Shown in pieces: positions 30,143 through 56,104 of a DNA stretch of 64,000 nucleotides. Location of the stretch: NCBI RefSeq assembly GCF_009914755.1, contig NC_060942.1, one strand, 5' to 3'. The first letter of the stretch is position 1, and each line of letters opens with the position of its first letter. Source of the stretch: the human T2T-CHM13v2.0 reference genome, Homo sapiens. Below the pieces are notes generated by a model that saw only the letters and a program-made list of their open reading frames with translations, was not told the origin of the DNA and searched no databases. The position numbers and the translations under genes were made by a program.

Positions 30143-32385
30143 GGATATCAGAGTTTTACTATGGGCTAGAAGCAATACTAAACCCAAATGAAAAATGAAA
30201 AGCTCACCCTTGGTATAACCTCACACACTGGTTGGGGGAACATTTGATGTCTATGAAGACATGTGAATGACCGTAAAACTGCACTATATAGAATACTATC
30301 TTTTTTGACTTAGGAAAGCCAACACAAATTCCAAATGTCCACTTTGTTAATGAACTGAAAACAAACTATATGAAATATATGTATTCTTCATCTGGACTGT
30401 ACTGACCATTAGAAAATAAACTCAAATTATAATTCATTCCTATTTGGGATTAACTGGGTTTAACTTTGATTACACATACTACGCCTATGATTTGTGGAAC
30501 AAAGAAGTAAAACTTTTGGTCTTTTGAGGGTCAGAACATGAACTCAGTTTTGGGGTTTTTGTTGTCATCATCATTATTGTTTTTTTCCAAGATAAATATA
30601 AATGTTGTAATTATTTCAAAAATTTTTAAGTTCTGTTTTTTTTCTGGGTATCAAATTATCCTTGAAAGTATAGTTTACCATTGCCTACAGGATTTATTAC
30701 ATCTTACCTCACCTGGGTATCAAAGGCCTTGTAATAATGGAGCACAATCTACATTTTATTTGTTCGCATCAGAAATATTTATTGAGGATCTAATTTATGT
30801 CGGGGTCCTCTCTCAGTGTTGTGAATGCTATAAGTATCTTTCTTCTTCCCATATGTCTATGCAGAAACACCTTATTTTCAAACATTTATTGAAAATATTA
30901 ACTATGAAACTGGCTGTGGGGTATGTGGAAACTCTGTTATAATCTTGCAGCTTTTCTAAAAATCCAAAATTATTCTAAAATATAAAGTTTATTAAATATA
31001 AAAAATCCTCCAGGAAGTATTTCTAACCACCTTCCATTTGTGAACTTATTTATTTCTGGAATCGGGTCCACAAAGGCTATACAGAACTGTCACTAATGAC
31101 CTGAGCAATAGCATTTATTCCTATGTATCTGCTAGTTGTTTGGCTGGTTCCTTTGTCCTAAGAAGATTGAACTATGTCTGGTGCTTTCTGGCATCCCCCA
31201 AATAGCTAAGCCCAAAGAATGAGTGAAATCACTACAAACTTTTCTGCCATAGGGCATTGTTTGAACTGACAGGTAATTTGCTATGTTACTCAAACTGGAA
31301 CTCTCGTGTAGTGGTATTTTTTTCTCTCCTTTAGTCCTGACTCCACATTGCATTCTTTGGCCAAAACATTGAACTCGCTCTGTTTATCTTCCTATAGTGT
31401 ACAATTCATATATTGCTTGATGAATAATACCCATAGGAAATTGCCAAAGCTAAGTTTTCTGAATATATACATGAATCTGTCATCAAACAACACTTTTGTG
31501 ATATAGAGAATTTATCTTCATAGGTCATTAAAAACATACTTAACCAGCTGTCTCAGCCATGTTGTATGCCCTGCATGTACACTCACACCCATACACAACC
31601 AACTTCCAACTTTGACAAACACTTTTACAGAAGAAAATGAACTTCAATTAATTTTTAAACTCAGTTTGGTCTACTTTGAATAACTATCATTGTGAAAATG
31701 GCCTAATAACTTGAATCATTAAAATGTTATTTATTATTAAATGGGGGGTCATCTTTTTTTTTCAATTGAATACTTTTTTCATAAATACTGTGTAAGATGA
31801 TCTATCAACATCTCAATTAATTAAAATTCTATCATGCATCAGCCCCATGAAGAATGTCTTGTTAGTCACAAGGGGGATATTGTAGTAAAAATAAACTTAT
31901 CTTATCTTGGAAAATTACAGTTTAGAAGGAAATTCCAAATTTAGATATAAAAATTGAAATTGCAAGAAATTTAAGATATCAGTATAGTTAATGTTTGCTT
32001 GTCAAATGGGAGTAACAATGATGCATCTATGTGTTCTATGCCTCAGGTGTAGCTGATGCTGAGTTCTCCAAATGTAAACATAGGGAATCTTACCATTTAT
32101 TTTGAAAAATAAATGAAATAAGTAAGTGTGCATCAATAATTCATGATAACATTTTTACAATAATAATTTTAGGCATCCAATACCCCAAATATGTAGCAAG
32201 TAACTCAGTATCATAGTAGCAACAGGAGGAAGCCAAATTAAAGTGTCTTCTCAGTGAAGAATAGATACCTGGATTTATAGATTATTAATCTATATTTTTT
32301 TCTATGAGCCTTTACAGTCCAGAATCATTCAAATGGATCCAACTCAAGTAAAACATTTAATTGAATCTCCCATCTAAACAATGCT

Positions 32386-32760
32386 GTCTTTGGTCAGTTG
32401 TCCTGGGAGTCAGATTCTAAGACTCTGAGTTTAGAGTACCAGAAAGGTTATTGGGGTCTGTTACTGACAGCATCATGACTGGGCAGACGGACCAACTCAA
32501 CTGGAATGCAAGAACAACAGGGGCTTCAGCCAATCTAATGGGTTTTCTGATTCTAGGATAGCCCTTCAGAGATGTCCCAGTAGAGGCATGGGAGCTGGAC
32601 CCTTGTACCCTCAGATCAACCAATTATTGGATGTGGATTTTCCCAGGATGGGGGAATAATCTTGGCAGAGATAATTTCCATCAACTAGGGATAACTCCTG
32701 GTGTGGGTTTCAGCTATGTCAGTCTGAAGCAAACACTCGTACCACTGGATGGCACACACA
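32386..32760 (-). mobile_element. LTR16-like (ERVL) solo LTR
   Basis: gatagcccttcagagatgtcccagtagaggcatgggagctggacccttgtaccctcagatcaaccaattattggatgtgg resembles the recalled LTR16 consensus. Confidence 0.6.
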
Positions 32761-34899
32761 ACAAAAGTTTTCTTCTAGGTGTTTAAGGAATAAAAAGTTA
32801 CTATGATAATCAGCCAGGTTCTCATCCTCTAGAAGCTGTTAGTCTACTTTGGGAAATAAGGACAGTTGGGTAAACAAAAACCTGTAACTGAAAAATTTAG
32901 TAAGTAATATCACCCAAAAATAAATAAAACACTGTGGGTGTACAGAGTAGGAAACTATACAGTGACAACCAAGACCCATGACTGTTGTTTCACAAATAAC
33001 AGGAAATTCCTAATATTTATTATGAACTACAATGTCCAGGGAAACTGAAGTTGAGTCAAAATTAAGAACAATTCACCATCACTAGTTTGTTAAGGCAGTG
33101 GTTCAGAAAAGTCCCATCTTATAGAAGCTGGGTATTATCCAAATCATTGACAGTCTGAAGCACATATTCCAAGTAAAATATGCTAATCGGAAATTGAACC
33201 CTCTTTCTTGCTCTTTCGAAAGAGAGGGGCTTTAAAGCCAGCCCAGAATGGAAACAAATTAATATTCTACACACCTACAAGCTGAGAAGTCTTGATTGAG
33301 CAATGAACATCTCTAAAACAACACTTTTCTTAACTGAAAGTTAAGCTTACTAATACTTATGTTCTAGGGATAAGCATTACATAAAATGAAACTGGGTCCC
33401 AGCAAATGTCAGACTAACATGGACCCACTCTCACTACAAACACATAGGAAGGAAACAAACAATAATACATTTGAGCTTAAAAGAGTTGAAATTATTAAGT
33501 GCCAGAAATAGAAAAATTAAAGCCAAAGCATGCCTTAAAAATGGAAACTTATAATTTAATATTCACAGCAAAACAGAAAATGAAGTTTTGGACTAGGGAA
33601 GGTAAAGATGTCCCTAAAACATCTGCATAAGTTGAGATCATGGAAGCAGTGCCCCTTCGAAGAAAAGAAGATTAGAGAATCTAATTATACTAGAAAATCA
33701 TTGTCTAAGGCAAGGCAGTAAGAAAGCATAAAGTCTCTGCCTAGAGCTCTAGGTAGGAAAAAAAATATCTCCCAAAAGGCAAGAAATCTCCAAGCCTAAA
33801 TCTCTACTCTCATCATGAAGGTATTCCAAAACTGACATGTTAATGTTACGACTGGCACCAAAAAAAAAGAAAAGAAAAAAAAACACCAAAATTGTTGAAA
33901 ACCCTGGCATTTCCAGAAGAAACTAACCAAAAATCTCTCTGCAGCACTGTTGCCATAATCTGGTATAAGCATGGTCACAAATCTCTACTACTAAGGCAAA
34001 ATAATCTATCAAAGAAATTTACAAACCGCATGAGGAAATAATCAACTGTGTATTAGTCAAGATAATGTAGGTTAACAAACCAACACCAAAATTCAATCCA
34101 AAAATAATCTAAAACAGACCAAAAAGAAAAAATATATTTTAAAAAATCAAATTTAAAACACATGTTAAATGGTAGATATAAAGCCAACTCTGTCAGTAAT
34201 TACGTTTGTATAAATCAATTGAATATTTCAATCAAATACTGAATTTTTAAAACTGTGCTGTTTACAAAAATTAAATATAATGACAGAAAATTTAGATGAG
34301 AAATGTTAAGAAAATACGTAACACTCAAATATTAACAACTAATATAAAAGTGGGTTCTAATACAAGAAGTGTTAGTAGTAATAAAGAGGGAGATGTTTCA
34401 GTACCCAAACAATCAATGTTCTAGGAAGACGTGGACATTTTTTATCTGTAGCAACTCATTAAGAGGATTTAAAGTACATATACCTAAAATTGAGAGAGTA
34501 AACAGACAAAAGGATAATCCTAGGGAAGAATTTAACATATATTCTAAACGATTTAAAAAAATAGGATAAAAGAGGATTAATTAATATAGTTGGTCTTATA
34601 CACATGTAAAAAAGACCAACATAACAAAAACAGACCATATTCTTTTCACACATGCATACAATATGTACCATAGTCAACCACTTGCGGCACCATAAGAAAG
34701 TCTCAGAAAATGTTAAAAGATTTAAATCACTTAGAGAATGTCTGCACAGGAACTAAGCTTTAAATCAATGACAAAGAAACTTTCCAACTATCTGAAAATT
34801 AATAACAATCAAAAAGAGCTGAATGTTGTTGGTTTTTCAAAATGATTAAAAACAACTATCAAGACTGATCAAGGAAAAAAAAACTTCAAGACTGATCAA

Positions 34900-34901
<2 letters not shown>

Positions 34902-34933
<32 letters not shown>

Positions 34934-35112
34934 TGTCTTTGTATATATATGAATATATATAGTATATATGCAGACTGTATATAATTTGAACTCAACATTA
35001 ATATACACATATATATCTAGAAATTAACAATAGTCATTTATAAACATATACATATATATAAAAGGTTACAGTTCAAATGGTGTATATTATATATATATAG
35101 AGAGAGAGAGAG
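34902..35112. repeat. (TA)n microsatellite, TA-rich low complexity and (TA)n(GA)n
   Basis: Read directly from the sequence. Confidence 0.85.
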
Positions 35113-35297
35113 ACTAAAAAAGGTAACAACTAATTCTATACAGTTTAAATATACGAGGTTACTATTAACACCTTTATGCCAATAAATTTGACAGTTTGGA
35201 TTAAATCAATACTTTTCTCAATGAATTAACCACTTAAAGAGACAGGAAATACAAAAAAAAATTTAATAACCCAATATCTATCCATGAAACTAAAACC

Positions 35298-35890
35298 ACT
35301 GATGAGAATGTAAATTAGTGCAGCCACTATGGAAAACAGTATGAGGTTTCTCAAAAGCTTAAAAATAGAACCACCATATGACTCAGCAGTCACACTTCTG
35401 AATATATATACACAAAATAATTGAAATTAGAGTCTGAAAGAGATAGTAGTACAAGCATGTTCATTACAGGATTATTCACAATAGACAAAATATTAGAAAC
35501 AATATTGTTGCATGAATGGATAAAGAAAATGTGATATATATACACACAATAAAATATTAGCCTTAAAAAATGGGAAATTCTGTCATATGCAACAAATGGA
35601 TAAACTGGGAAAATATGGTGAGCAAAATCAGTCACAGAAAGATGGACACTGGTGAGTTAACTCATATGAAGTATCAAAAATAAACAAATTCATAGAAGCA
35701 GAGAGTGGAAAGGTGGTTGTCAGGGGCTGGGAATGGGAGAATGGGGAGCTGCTCTTCAAGTGGTATAAAGTTATACAACATGAATAAGTTCTAGAGATCT
35801 ACTGAACAACAGTGCACCTATGTTTAGCAATACTGTATTGTTAAGAAAGTAGATCTCATGTTAAATGTTTTTACTACAATTTTTAAACAA
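35298..35890 (+). mobile_element. L1MA9/10-like 3' end
   Basis: gaatgtaaattagtgcagccactatggaaaacagtatg...atgaataagttctagagatctactg...gtagatctcatgttaaatgttttt. Confidence 0.8.
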
Positions 35891-36322
35891 TATGTAGGTA
35901 TTTATGTATGAAATTTATATTTCCAAGTTGAATATTAAACTTCAATGAAATGTATTTTTAAAAATACAGAAATGTAAAAGAAAGTAAAATCATTATGTAA
36001 AACTTTCAAAGATCTCAGGCCGAGATAACTTTAATGGTCAATTTTTTCAAACGTTTTAGACAAAAATAATACTCCTATTACATAACACTTACCAGAGGAG
36101 AGGGAAAAACATCCCAGCTCTTTTTACGAAACAAACATATCCTAGATACCAAAACTAGACAAGATAACTAAAAGAAAATAATGTAATAGTCTAACATAAT
36201 CATAGATTTAAAATCCTAAAGATAATATTAAAAAACACAAATTCAGAATGATATTAATTAGATATTACATCATCATCATCAATTCAGGTTTTTTCAAAAA
36301 ATTTGGGATATTTTAGCATTCA

Positions 36323-37494
<1,172 letters not shown>

Positions 37495-38510
37495 AAGGGG
37501 AGAGACCAGAGCAGAAAAGCTGAAAATTCTAAAAATCAGAGTGCCTCTTCTCCTCCAAAGGAATGCAGCTCCTCGCCAGCAATGGAACAAAGCTGGATGG
37601 AGAATGAATTTGACGAGTTGAGAGAAGAAGAATTGAGATGATCGGTAATAACAAACTTCTCCAAGGTAAAGGAGGATGTTAGAACCCATCGCAAAGAAGC
37701 TAAGAACCTTGAAAAAAGATTAGATGAATGGCTAACTAGAATAAACAGCAAGAGAAGACCTTAAATAACCTGATGGAGCTGAAAACCATGGCATAAGAAC
37801 TACATGACGCATACACAAGCTTCAGTAGCTGATTCCATCAAGTGGAAGAAAGGGTATCAGTGATTGAAGATCAAGTGAATGAAATGAATCAAGAAGAGAA
37901 GTTTAGAGAAAAGAGTAAAAAGAAACAAAGCCTCAAAGAAATGTGGGACTATGTGAAAAGACCAAATCTAAGTCTGATTGGTGTACCTGAAAGAGACAGG
38001 GAGAATGGAAACAGGTTGGAAAACAGTCTTCAGGATATTATCCAGGAGAACTTCCCCAAGCTAGCAAGCAGGACAACATTCAAATTCAGGAAACACAGAG
38101 AATGCCACAAAGATACTCCTCGAGAAGAGCAACTCCAAGACACATAATTGTCAGATTTACCAAAGTTGAAATGAAGGAAAAAATATTAAGGGCAGCCAGA
38201 CGGAAAGGTCGGGTTATACACAAAGGGAAGCCCATCAGACTAACTGGATCTCTCGGCAGAAACACTACAAGCTAGAAGAGAGTGGAGGCCAATATTCAAT
38301 ATTCTTAAAGAAAAGAATTTTCAACCCAGAATTTCATGTCCAGCCAAACTAAGCTTCAGAAGTGAAGGAGAAATAAAATCCTTTACAGACAAGGAAATGC
38401 TGAGAAATTTTGTCACCGCCAGGCCTGCCCTACAAGAACTCCTCAAAAAAGCACTAAACATGGAAAGGAACAACCAGTACCAGCCACTGCAAAAACATGC
38501 CAAATTGTAA
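37495..38510 (+). pseudogene. L1 ORF1p remnant (start ATG>AAG, stops and frameshifts)
   Basis: ORF 37842-38147 ...LKEMWDYVKRPNLSLIGVPE...LQDIIQENFP is ORF1p; ends at gccaaattgtaa. Confidence 0.9.
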
Positions 38511-38573
38511 AGAACATCAATGCTACGAAGAAACTGCATCAACTAGCAAGCAAAATAAGCAGCTAACATCATA

Positions 38574-42385
<3,812 letters not shown>

Positions 42386-42776
42386 ACAATGAGAACACTT
42401 GGACACAGGGTGGGGTACATCACACATGGGGGCCTGTCATGGGGTGGGCGGAGGGGGTCAGGGATAGCATTAGGAGATATACCTAATGTAAATGACGAGT
42501 TACTGGGTGCAGCACACCAACATGGCACATGTATACATATGTAACAGACCTGCACGTTGTGCACATGTACCCTAGAACTTAAAATATTTAAAAAAGTTAA
42601 AGTTATTCACACATTAATAAAAAAAGAATAATTATATGAGTATCTCTATAGAGTCAACAAAAAATTATTTAGCTAAATACCTATTCATGATTTTTAAAAA
42701 ATTTCAGCAAACTAAAAATTTAAGAAATTTAATTAGCTGATGAAAAATATTTATAAAATCTACCAGAGACATCATA

Positions 42777-47316
<4,540 letters not shown>

Positions 47317-47883
47317 AGAGACATCTTTAATGATAAACTTTTGATAGCTTTCCTCCTAAGACTGGGAATGAAACATGAGTGAAAATTACCCCTTTTATTC
47401 AGTACTTTAAGAGTTTCTAACCAGGTCAATGAAACAAGAAAAACAACCAAAAAGTTGTAATTATTGCAAAGAAAGAAATAGAAAATGTCAGTAATTTTAG
47501 ACAAGATAAATGTGCATGTAAAAAATTCACAATAATCTACAGAAAATTATTCAATTAAATAATTGAATTTATCAAGGTTACTAGATAAAAAGAGGAATTT
47601 TATTCTATATATCAGCAACAAAGAGAAAAATAACTTTAATAAAATTTATTTTTATTGTAACAGAAAAAAGCAATGTTTTATTCTGAAAATGACACAATAT
47701 TAATGCCTAAATCAAAGATGACAATAAATAGATAAATACCATATTCATTTATTGGATGATTTAACATGATAAATTGATTTATAACTTCAACATAATCTCA
47801 ATACAATAATTTTTTAAAACTTAGAAATTTGGGGGGGTACCAGAGAAATTAATAAGCTGTTTCTAAAATTCATATGGAATTTT

Positions 47884-49379
<1,496 letters not shown>

Positions 49380-49430
49380 TCATATGGAATTTTAAAGGCC
49401 AAGAATAGACAAAGCAATCTTAAAGAAGAA

Positions 49431-49548
49431 TGGTTTTGATTTCCATTTCTCCAATGAACAGTGATGAGGAGCTTTTTTTCACATGTTTGTTGGCCACATA
49501 AACATCTTCTTTTGAGAAGTTTCTGTTCATATCCTTCGCCCATTTTAA
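49431..49548 (-). mobile_element. Short internal L1P ORF2 fragment with no tail or TSD
   Basis: tggttttgatttccatttctccaatgaacagtgatgagg...ctgttcatatccttcgcccatttt. Confidence 0.8.
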
Positions 49549-51101
49549 CATAAAGTATAATTTAAAAAAATATATCAATATGATACCCTGAGATACAAAG
49601 GAAAAACAAAATGAAAGCTACTTAAAATAAAACACATGTTTCAACATTATGTGCTTAGACACCGCTACAGTAGAGGATATAATAATGTAGTTTTATGCTT
49701 GAACTTGAACATTGAGCCACAGTGAATATCACAGGCTTGAACACAGACTGATATAGGGGTTTTATGTGGTGATTTAAATATCAACCAAATAAAGTATGGG
49801 GGGGAAGGTCTTAAATAGATTATTCACAAAAAGGGATATTCAAGTGACCAACAATTAGATTAAAAGTTACTTAAGTAGCTTAATTCTATTAGTCTACAAG
49901 AATATGCAAATCAAAATCACAAATGAAATACCCCTCATAGATGAACAGAATGATTAAAATGAAAAATGCAATACCCAGTATTTGTAAAGATATGGGACAG
50001 TCAGAAATATCATACATAACTGGTAGGAGAGTAAATTGGTACAACTTTGGAAAACTCTTTGACAGAGTCTACTAAGTATATGCATTTTCTATGGCACCAC
50101 AATTCAACTTTTTTCTGTATACCCAATAGACCCATGGACATCTGTTCATTAAAAGATAAGTATACTAATTTTCACAGAACCACTGTTTACAGTAACAAAA
50201 ACAACAACAATAACTAAAACTACCAAATACCCTTCAACACAATACCATTAGCACAACAACAGCAGAATGGATTGGTATAATTTTTGCATATTTATACAAT
50301 GTAACAATATCCAGAAATTAGAATAAATGTATACAACTGCAAAGAACTATATGGATTAATCTCACAAATTATGTTTAACAAACCATACACTATAGACCAT
50401 ACAAATAATACAAGTAGTATACATGGCATGATTCATTTTATATAAAATAAGACAACATAGGGAAAAATCTGTCTTTTATGCTATTAGAAGTCAGGATATT
50501 CATTACTCTGGTACAAATAATGATGTGAACCAAATTCACAGAGCCCTTATAGGGGTGATAATAATGTTTTTGTGTTGACTTGGAAGCTATGTGTGGGTTT
50601 TTTCAGTTTGAAGAATTACGATACTTTTTTCTATATGTATATTACATTTAATAAAAATGTTAATATATACTGAAAAAGAAATTAATTGAACAAAGGGAAA
50701 GAAAGTAAAAGGAAGTTATACTATATGCAGATTGAAGCACATGAAAGTGGAGTGTTTATATTTCTAACAGCAAGATATAAGCTAGTATGTGAACAAAAAG
50801 CAAAAGTGATATTTCTAAATGTTAGAAGGATCATTTCATCAAACACACAATTATAGAAAGGTATATGCCTAATAACAGAGATTCAAAATAGATAAAGCAA
50901 AACAGAAATAAAGAAGAAAACAGACAAATCTATAATCACAGTTAGATTAGGACATGACTCTTATAGTTACTTATATCTACACCAAAAAAATCAGTAGATG
51001 ATGATGTGAACAACACTAGCAACCCCTTTGATAGAAGTTTTTACGTTTATATAATAGTACACCTTAGTGTAGAATACAACTCCTTTTTAAGAGCACATAT
51101 T

Positions 51102-51771
<670 letters not shown>

Positions 51772-52408
51772 GAGTTGATTCCCTAAAAACAATGAAAATT
51801 TCACGTATGAATAAAAGCTTCATATATTGGAAATTAAAAAAAAATAGACTTCTAAATAACCTCTGCCAAAGATGAAATTACAGTGAAAAAGTATTTTTAA
51901 ATGAATGATTGAATCTCACGACATATTGTAATTTGTAGGATCATACTAAAGTAGTACTTAAAGAGATGTTTATAGCAAAATGCCAACATTAGGAAAAAAG
52001 ACGACTCTAGAATTAATTATGTATGTGTATATCTTAAGATGACAGAGAAAAGGTGAGCAAATTAAAGCCAAAGTAAGCAACAGGGAGAAATAAAGATGTG
52101 TGAAAGTTAGTGAAATAGGAAAGAAAATCATTTAAAAATCCAGAAGTTGGTAGTTTGACAAGATTTATATGATTAATAAGCACCTAATAATACTGATAAA
52201 TATTGGAGTAGAAGATAACGTATCTCTACAGATCTGAAAGGCAAATCCTAGGGAAATATTATGAGCCGTTTTATGACATTAATTGGTCAACTTAGACGAA
52301 ATTAATGCATTTCTTCAACTAAGCCATACAGACAAAAAACATAAAATATGAATAGCTCTATACTCATGAAAAAGTTATATTCTCAGACAATTCTAGACTT
52401 CTTATTTC

Positions 52409-52722
<314 letters not shown>

Positions 52723-52778
52723 TCATTATGTCATTGGTAAATTATATCAAACTTTTAATAAAAAACAATACCATTCTT

Positions 52779-53051
52779 TTTTTTTTTTTTTTTTTTGAGA
52801 TAGAGTCTTACTCTTACCTAGGCTGGAGTGCAAATAGCACAATCTTGGCTCACTGCAACCTCCTCCTCTCAGGTTCAAGTGATTTTCCTGCCTCGCGCGC
52901 ACCACCATGCCTGGTTAATTTTTGTATTTTTAGTAGTGAACGGGGTTCACCATGTTGGCCAGGCTTGTCTCAAACTCCTGACCTCAAGTGATCTGCCTGC
53001 CTCGGCCTCCCAAAATGCCGGGATTATAGGTGTGAGCCACCGCTCCTGGCC
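52779..53051 (-). mobile_element. AluS with an internal deletion of about 26 bp
   Basis: cctgcctc joined to gcgcgcaccacc; TSD aacaataccattctt at 52764-52778 and 53052-53066. Confidence 0.93.
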
Positions 53052-54959
53052 AACAATACCATTCTTATAAGAATGTTTTCAGAAGAGACAGAAAATACTT
53101 TCCATTTTATGAAATAAACAATGCCTTGAAAAAGAGTGAAAAATACTTTAAAAATATATAAATTAATAATATTCTTAATGAGAATATACATATAATTCTC
53201 AGCAAAATACTAGCAAATTAAATTAAGCAATAAATACTTTGTGGGGGGTGATCCTATGAATGTAAGATTGGTTTAAATTTTTTAAAAAGTCAATGTATTC
53301 AATCTTACAGAATAAAATATATATCATAATCTAAATAGATGCAAAAAAATATGATAAAATGCAACAACATTTCAGCAGTCTTGGAACAGAGGCAACTTCA
53401 TCAATCTGATAAAAGGGTATTGATGAAAAACTGGCAGCCAACATCATTCTTAATGGTGAAACACGGAATGCTTTTTTGTTAAGGTAGGACACAAGTCAAG
53501 GATTCTCACACTCATCAGGTCTATTCAATGTTCGATCTAAAGAGTGAAATAAAGCAAGAATTATTTTTAAAATAAAAGCCTTAACAATTGAAAAGTAAAC
53601 ATAAAGCTAACACCAAAAATTGTCAGTGGACAAAATCCTAAACACTGTACAAAACATCTAATTACTAAATAAGCTAAATTAATACATAATTCCAGCTGCA
53701 TCACAGGATACAAGGTCAAAGTACAACTATCAATTGTAGTTTTATGTACTAATAGAATACAATTGGAAAATAACCAGAATTCCATGTCAAATAGCATCAA
53801 AAACATAATTTATCAGAAATTAATTTAAAAACCAACCTCTCTACACTAAAAATGAAAAAACTTAAGGAAAAGATAAAAAGTTAAAGAGTAAATAAATGTT
53901 AGTTAAAATGTAATAACTCAGCAAAAACTACTTTGGAAAATATAAATAAATATTGTTTTTGCCAAATGAAAACAGCAGAAACACAGAAGCTGACAGAGTC
54001 CTTAAACTGAAAATTTATATTAAATTAAAATTAATTTTTCATATGAAAACCATAATATAGTCATATTTAATTTAAAATACATGTTATTTGAAAATATTAC
54101 AAGTGACTGGTATCTGAAATTAAAATGTTGAAAGTCATTTTCTAGTGAGAGGGTAACAGTACTAATTGGGCACAGAGAATGAAAAGCTGAGAGATGGAGA
54201 GGGAATGAGCAACACTGGCCAACTTTAAATTCCTAGGTCTAGTTGAACCTGGTGCTCAGCTGCATGCTTTCCCACACACAGTTTAGCTCTCTTTAAAAAG
54301 TTGTCATTAATAACAACAAATGATAGGAGCTCCTATCATTTGAAGTAACAGAAAAGTTATTTTTATTTCTAGTTTGGGCCTGATCTTTTGTGACTAATGG
54401 GAGCTTAGAGTTACTTAAATAAATAAATAAAATATGAAGATTACCATATCTACTTGGAAAGATGCTTGTGGGCATTAGAAACCATATAAGGAAAATATTA
54501 TTATTGCACTATTGCTATATAGCATCTTTGTACTTAGACAAAAGTCAAACATAAACGTGACTCTCTCTTTCCTCAAAATATGAGGAAAAATGAGGTGGAG
54601 AATGAGCTCCTAGCCATGATCGAAAATTGTTTGTGCTGCATTGAGTCTCTGAGTGTTTTATGACCTTGCCCTGTTCTTGGGTTCAGGGTAAAATCTAAGT
54701 TTAGTTGACTCTACAAGTGCTTAAATGCCACGCTGAGGTCTCCCATGCAGAGCTTCAAACATTTGACTCTCAGATATGAAATACAATTGCTTGAGGACAT
54801 AAAATTTTCCTTAGAAAACTAATTTGTGCCATTGGAAATGCACAAGATGAATAAGGAAATGTTTGTGCTTCACAGCAGTGCAAAAGAAAGGAAGTAAGAA
54901 ATGCACGTGTGGGCAGATGGCAAACTGGATTCCCTTTTAGCACTAAATCCATGCTCAAA

Positions 54960-55274
54960 TTTTTTTTGAGACAGAGTCTCGCTCGGTCACCCAGGCTGGG
55001 GTGCAGTGGCACAATCTCCACACACTACAACCTCTGTCTCCTGGCGATTCTCCTGCCTCAGCTTCCTGAGTAGCTGGAATGACAGGTGTGCACCACCACT
55101 CCTGGCTACATTTTTTTTTTTTGTATTTTTAGTGGAGACAGGGTTTCTCCATGTTGGCCAAGCTGGTCTGAACTCCTGACCTCAGGTGATCCACCACCTT
55201 GGCATCCCAAAGTGCCCACCCGCCTTGGCCTCCCAAAGTGCTGGGATTACAGGTGTGAGCAACCATGCCTGGCT
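54960..55274 (-). mobile_element. AluS with an internal duplication of about 26 bp
   Basis: ccaccaccttggcatcccaaagtgc followed by ccacccgccttggcctcccaaagtgc. Confidence 0.92.
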
Positions 55275-55769
55275 GAAATTCTTAAATTTGATTCTACCCC
55301 AGATTTAAACATTTTCCTAATTTTTCCCTACCTGCCCCCCAAACTCTCAATTATTTTGCTATGTCTTATGAGAACTCTCAAGCCCCTAAAAGAAATGCAA
55401 AACATAGTTTGAGATGATATTTTAATAGAGGAAATATTCTCACTTAATGATTTCAGAAATAGCAATGTTTTCAGGAGCATCAATAAGAAGAAATAGATCT
55501 TAAACATATTAGAAGGTAGATCTCCAGCCCATCACATTCAACCAGTCTGGATGTACCAGTTGAACTGAAAATCCAGCTAAAAGGAGCTTCTGCAAGAAAT
55601 ATCAGAGTTGCACATCAATTGCATCGTTTCATAGCACATCAGGATTGCTTAGATATAACCTGAAGATTTTGAAGTCCAAGGTGCAATAACAATATTTTCC
55701 TTATATTGTTTCTAATGCCCACAAGCATCTTTCCAAGTAGATCATCTTCAAATGTCATCCTACATCATC

Positions 55770-56070
55770 TACAGAATCTTTAGGTTGAATAAAGTCTTAG
55801 ATGTTAAATGTGTCCCTCAAGTCATCTTTCCTCTAGTATTCCTGAGAAGTGGTCTATAGGCTTAGGCTTAAATGCCTTCAGTAACAGGTTGCTTATTTAT
55901 TTGACAAGGCATATTGTTCCTTGGTTAGACAGCTCTAATTGTTGGGAAGTTCCTCCTCAAATTGAGGCAAAATCATCCTCCCTGTAAATCCCACTCACTG
56001 GTCCTCATCCTGATTTCCAGTGCAATAGAGAATGAATTGACTCTCCCCCTTCAACTGACAGCCCCTTTGT
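55770..56070 (-). mobile_element. CR1/L3 3' fragment
   Basis: gacagctctaattgttgggaagttcctcctcaaattgaggcaaaatcatcctccctgtaaatcccactcactggtcct matches antisense L3. Confidence 0.7.
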
Positions 56071-56104
56071 GTGGGCAGGCTGACTCTTCAGTTGACTGTA
56101 CAGT

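Noticed and set aside
30538-30942. 134-aa ORF and other short AT-rich ORFs (for example 21227-21610 and 60359-60766)
   Set aside because: Biased composition, overlap with decayed repeats and no recognisable domains.
49660-49790. Possible NUMT or small-RNA insertion within the old L1
   Set aside because: I could not match it to mitochondrial or snRNA sequence from memory; it needs BLAST and is left unassigned.
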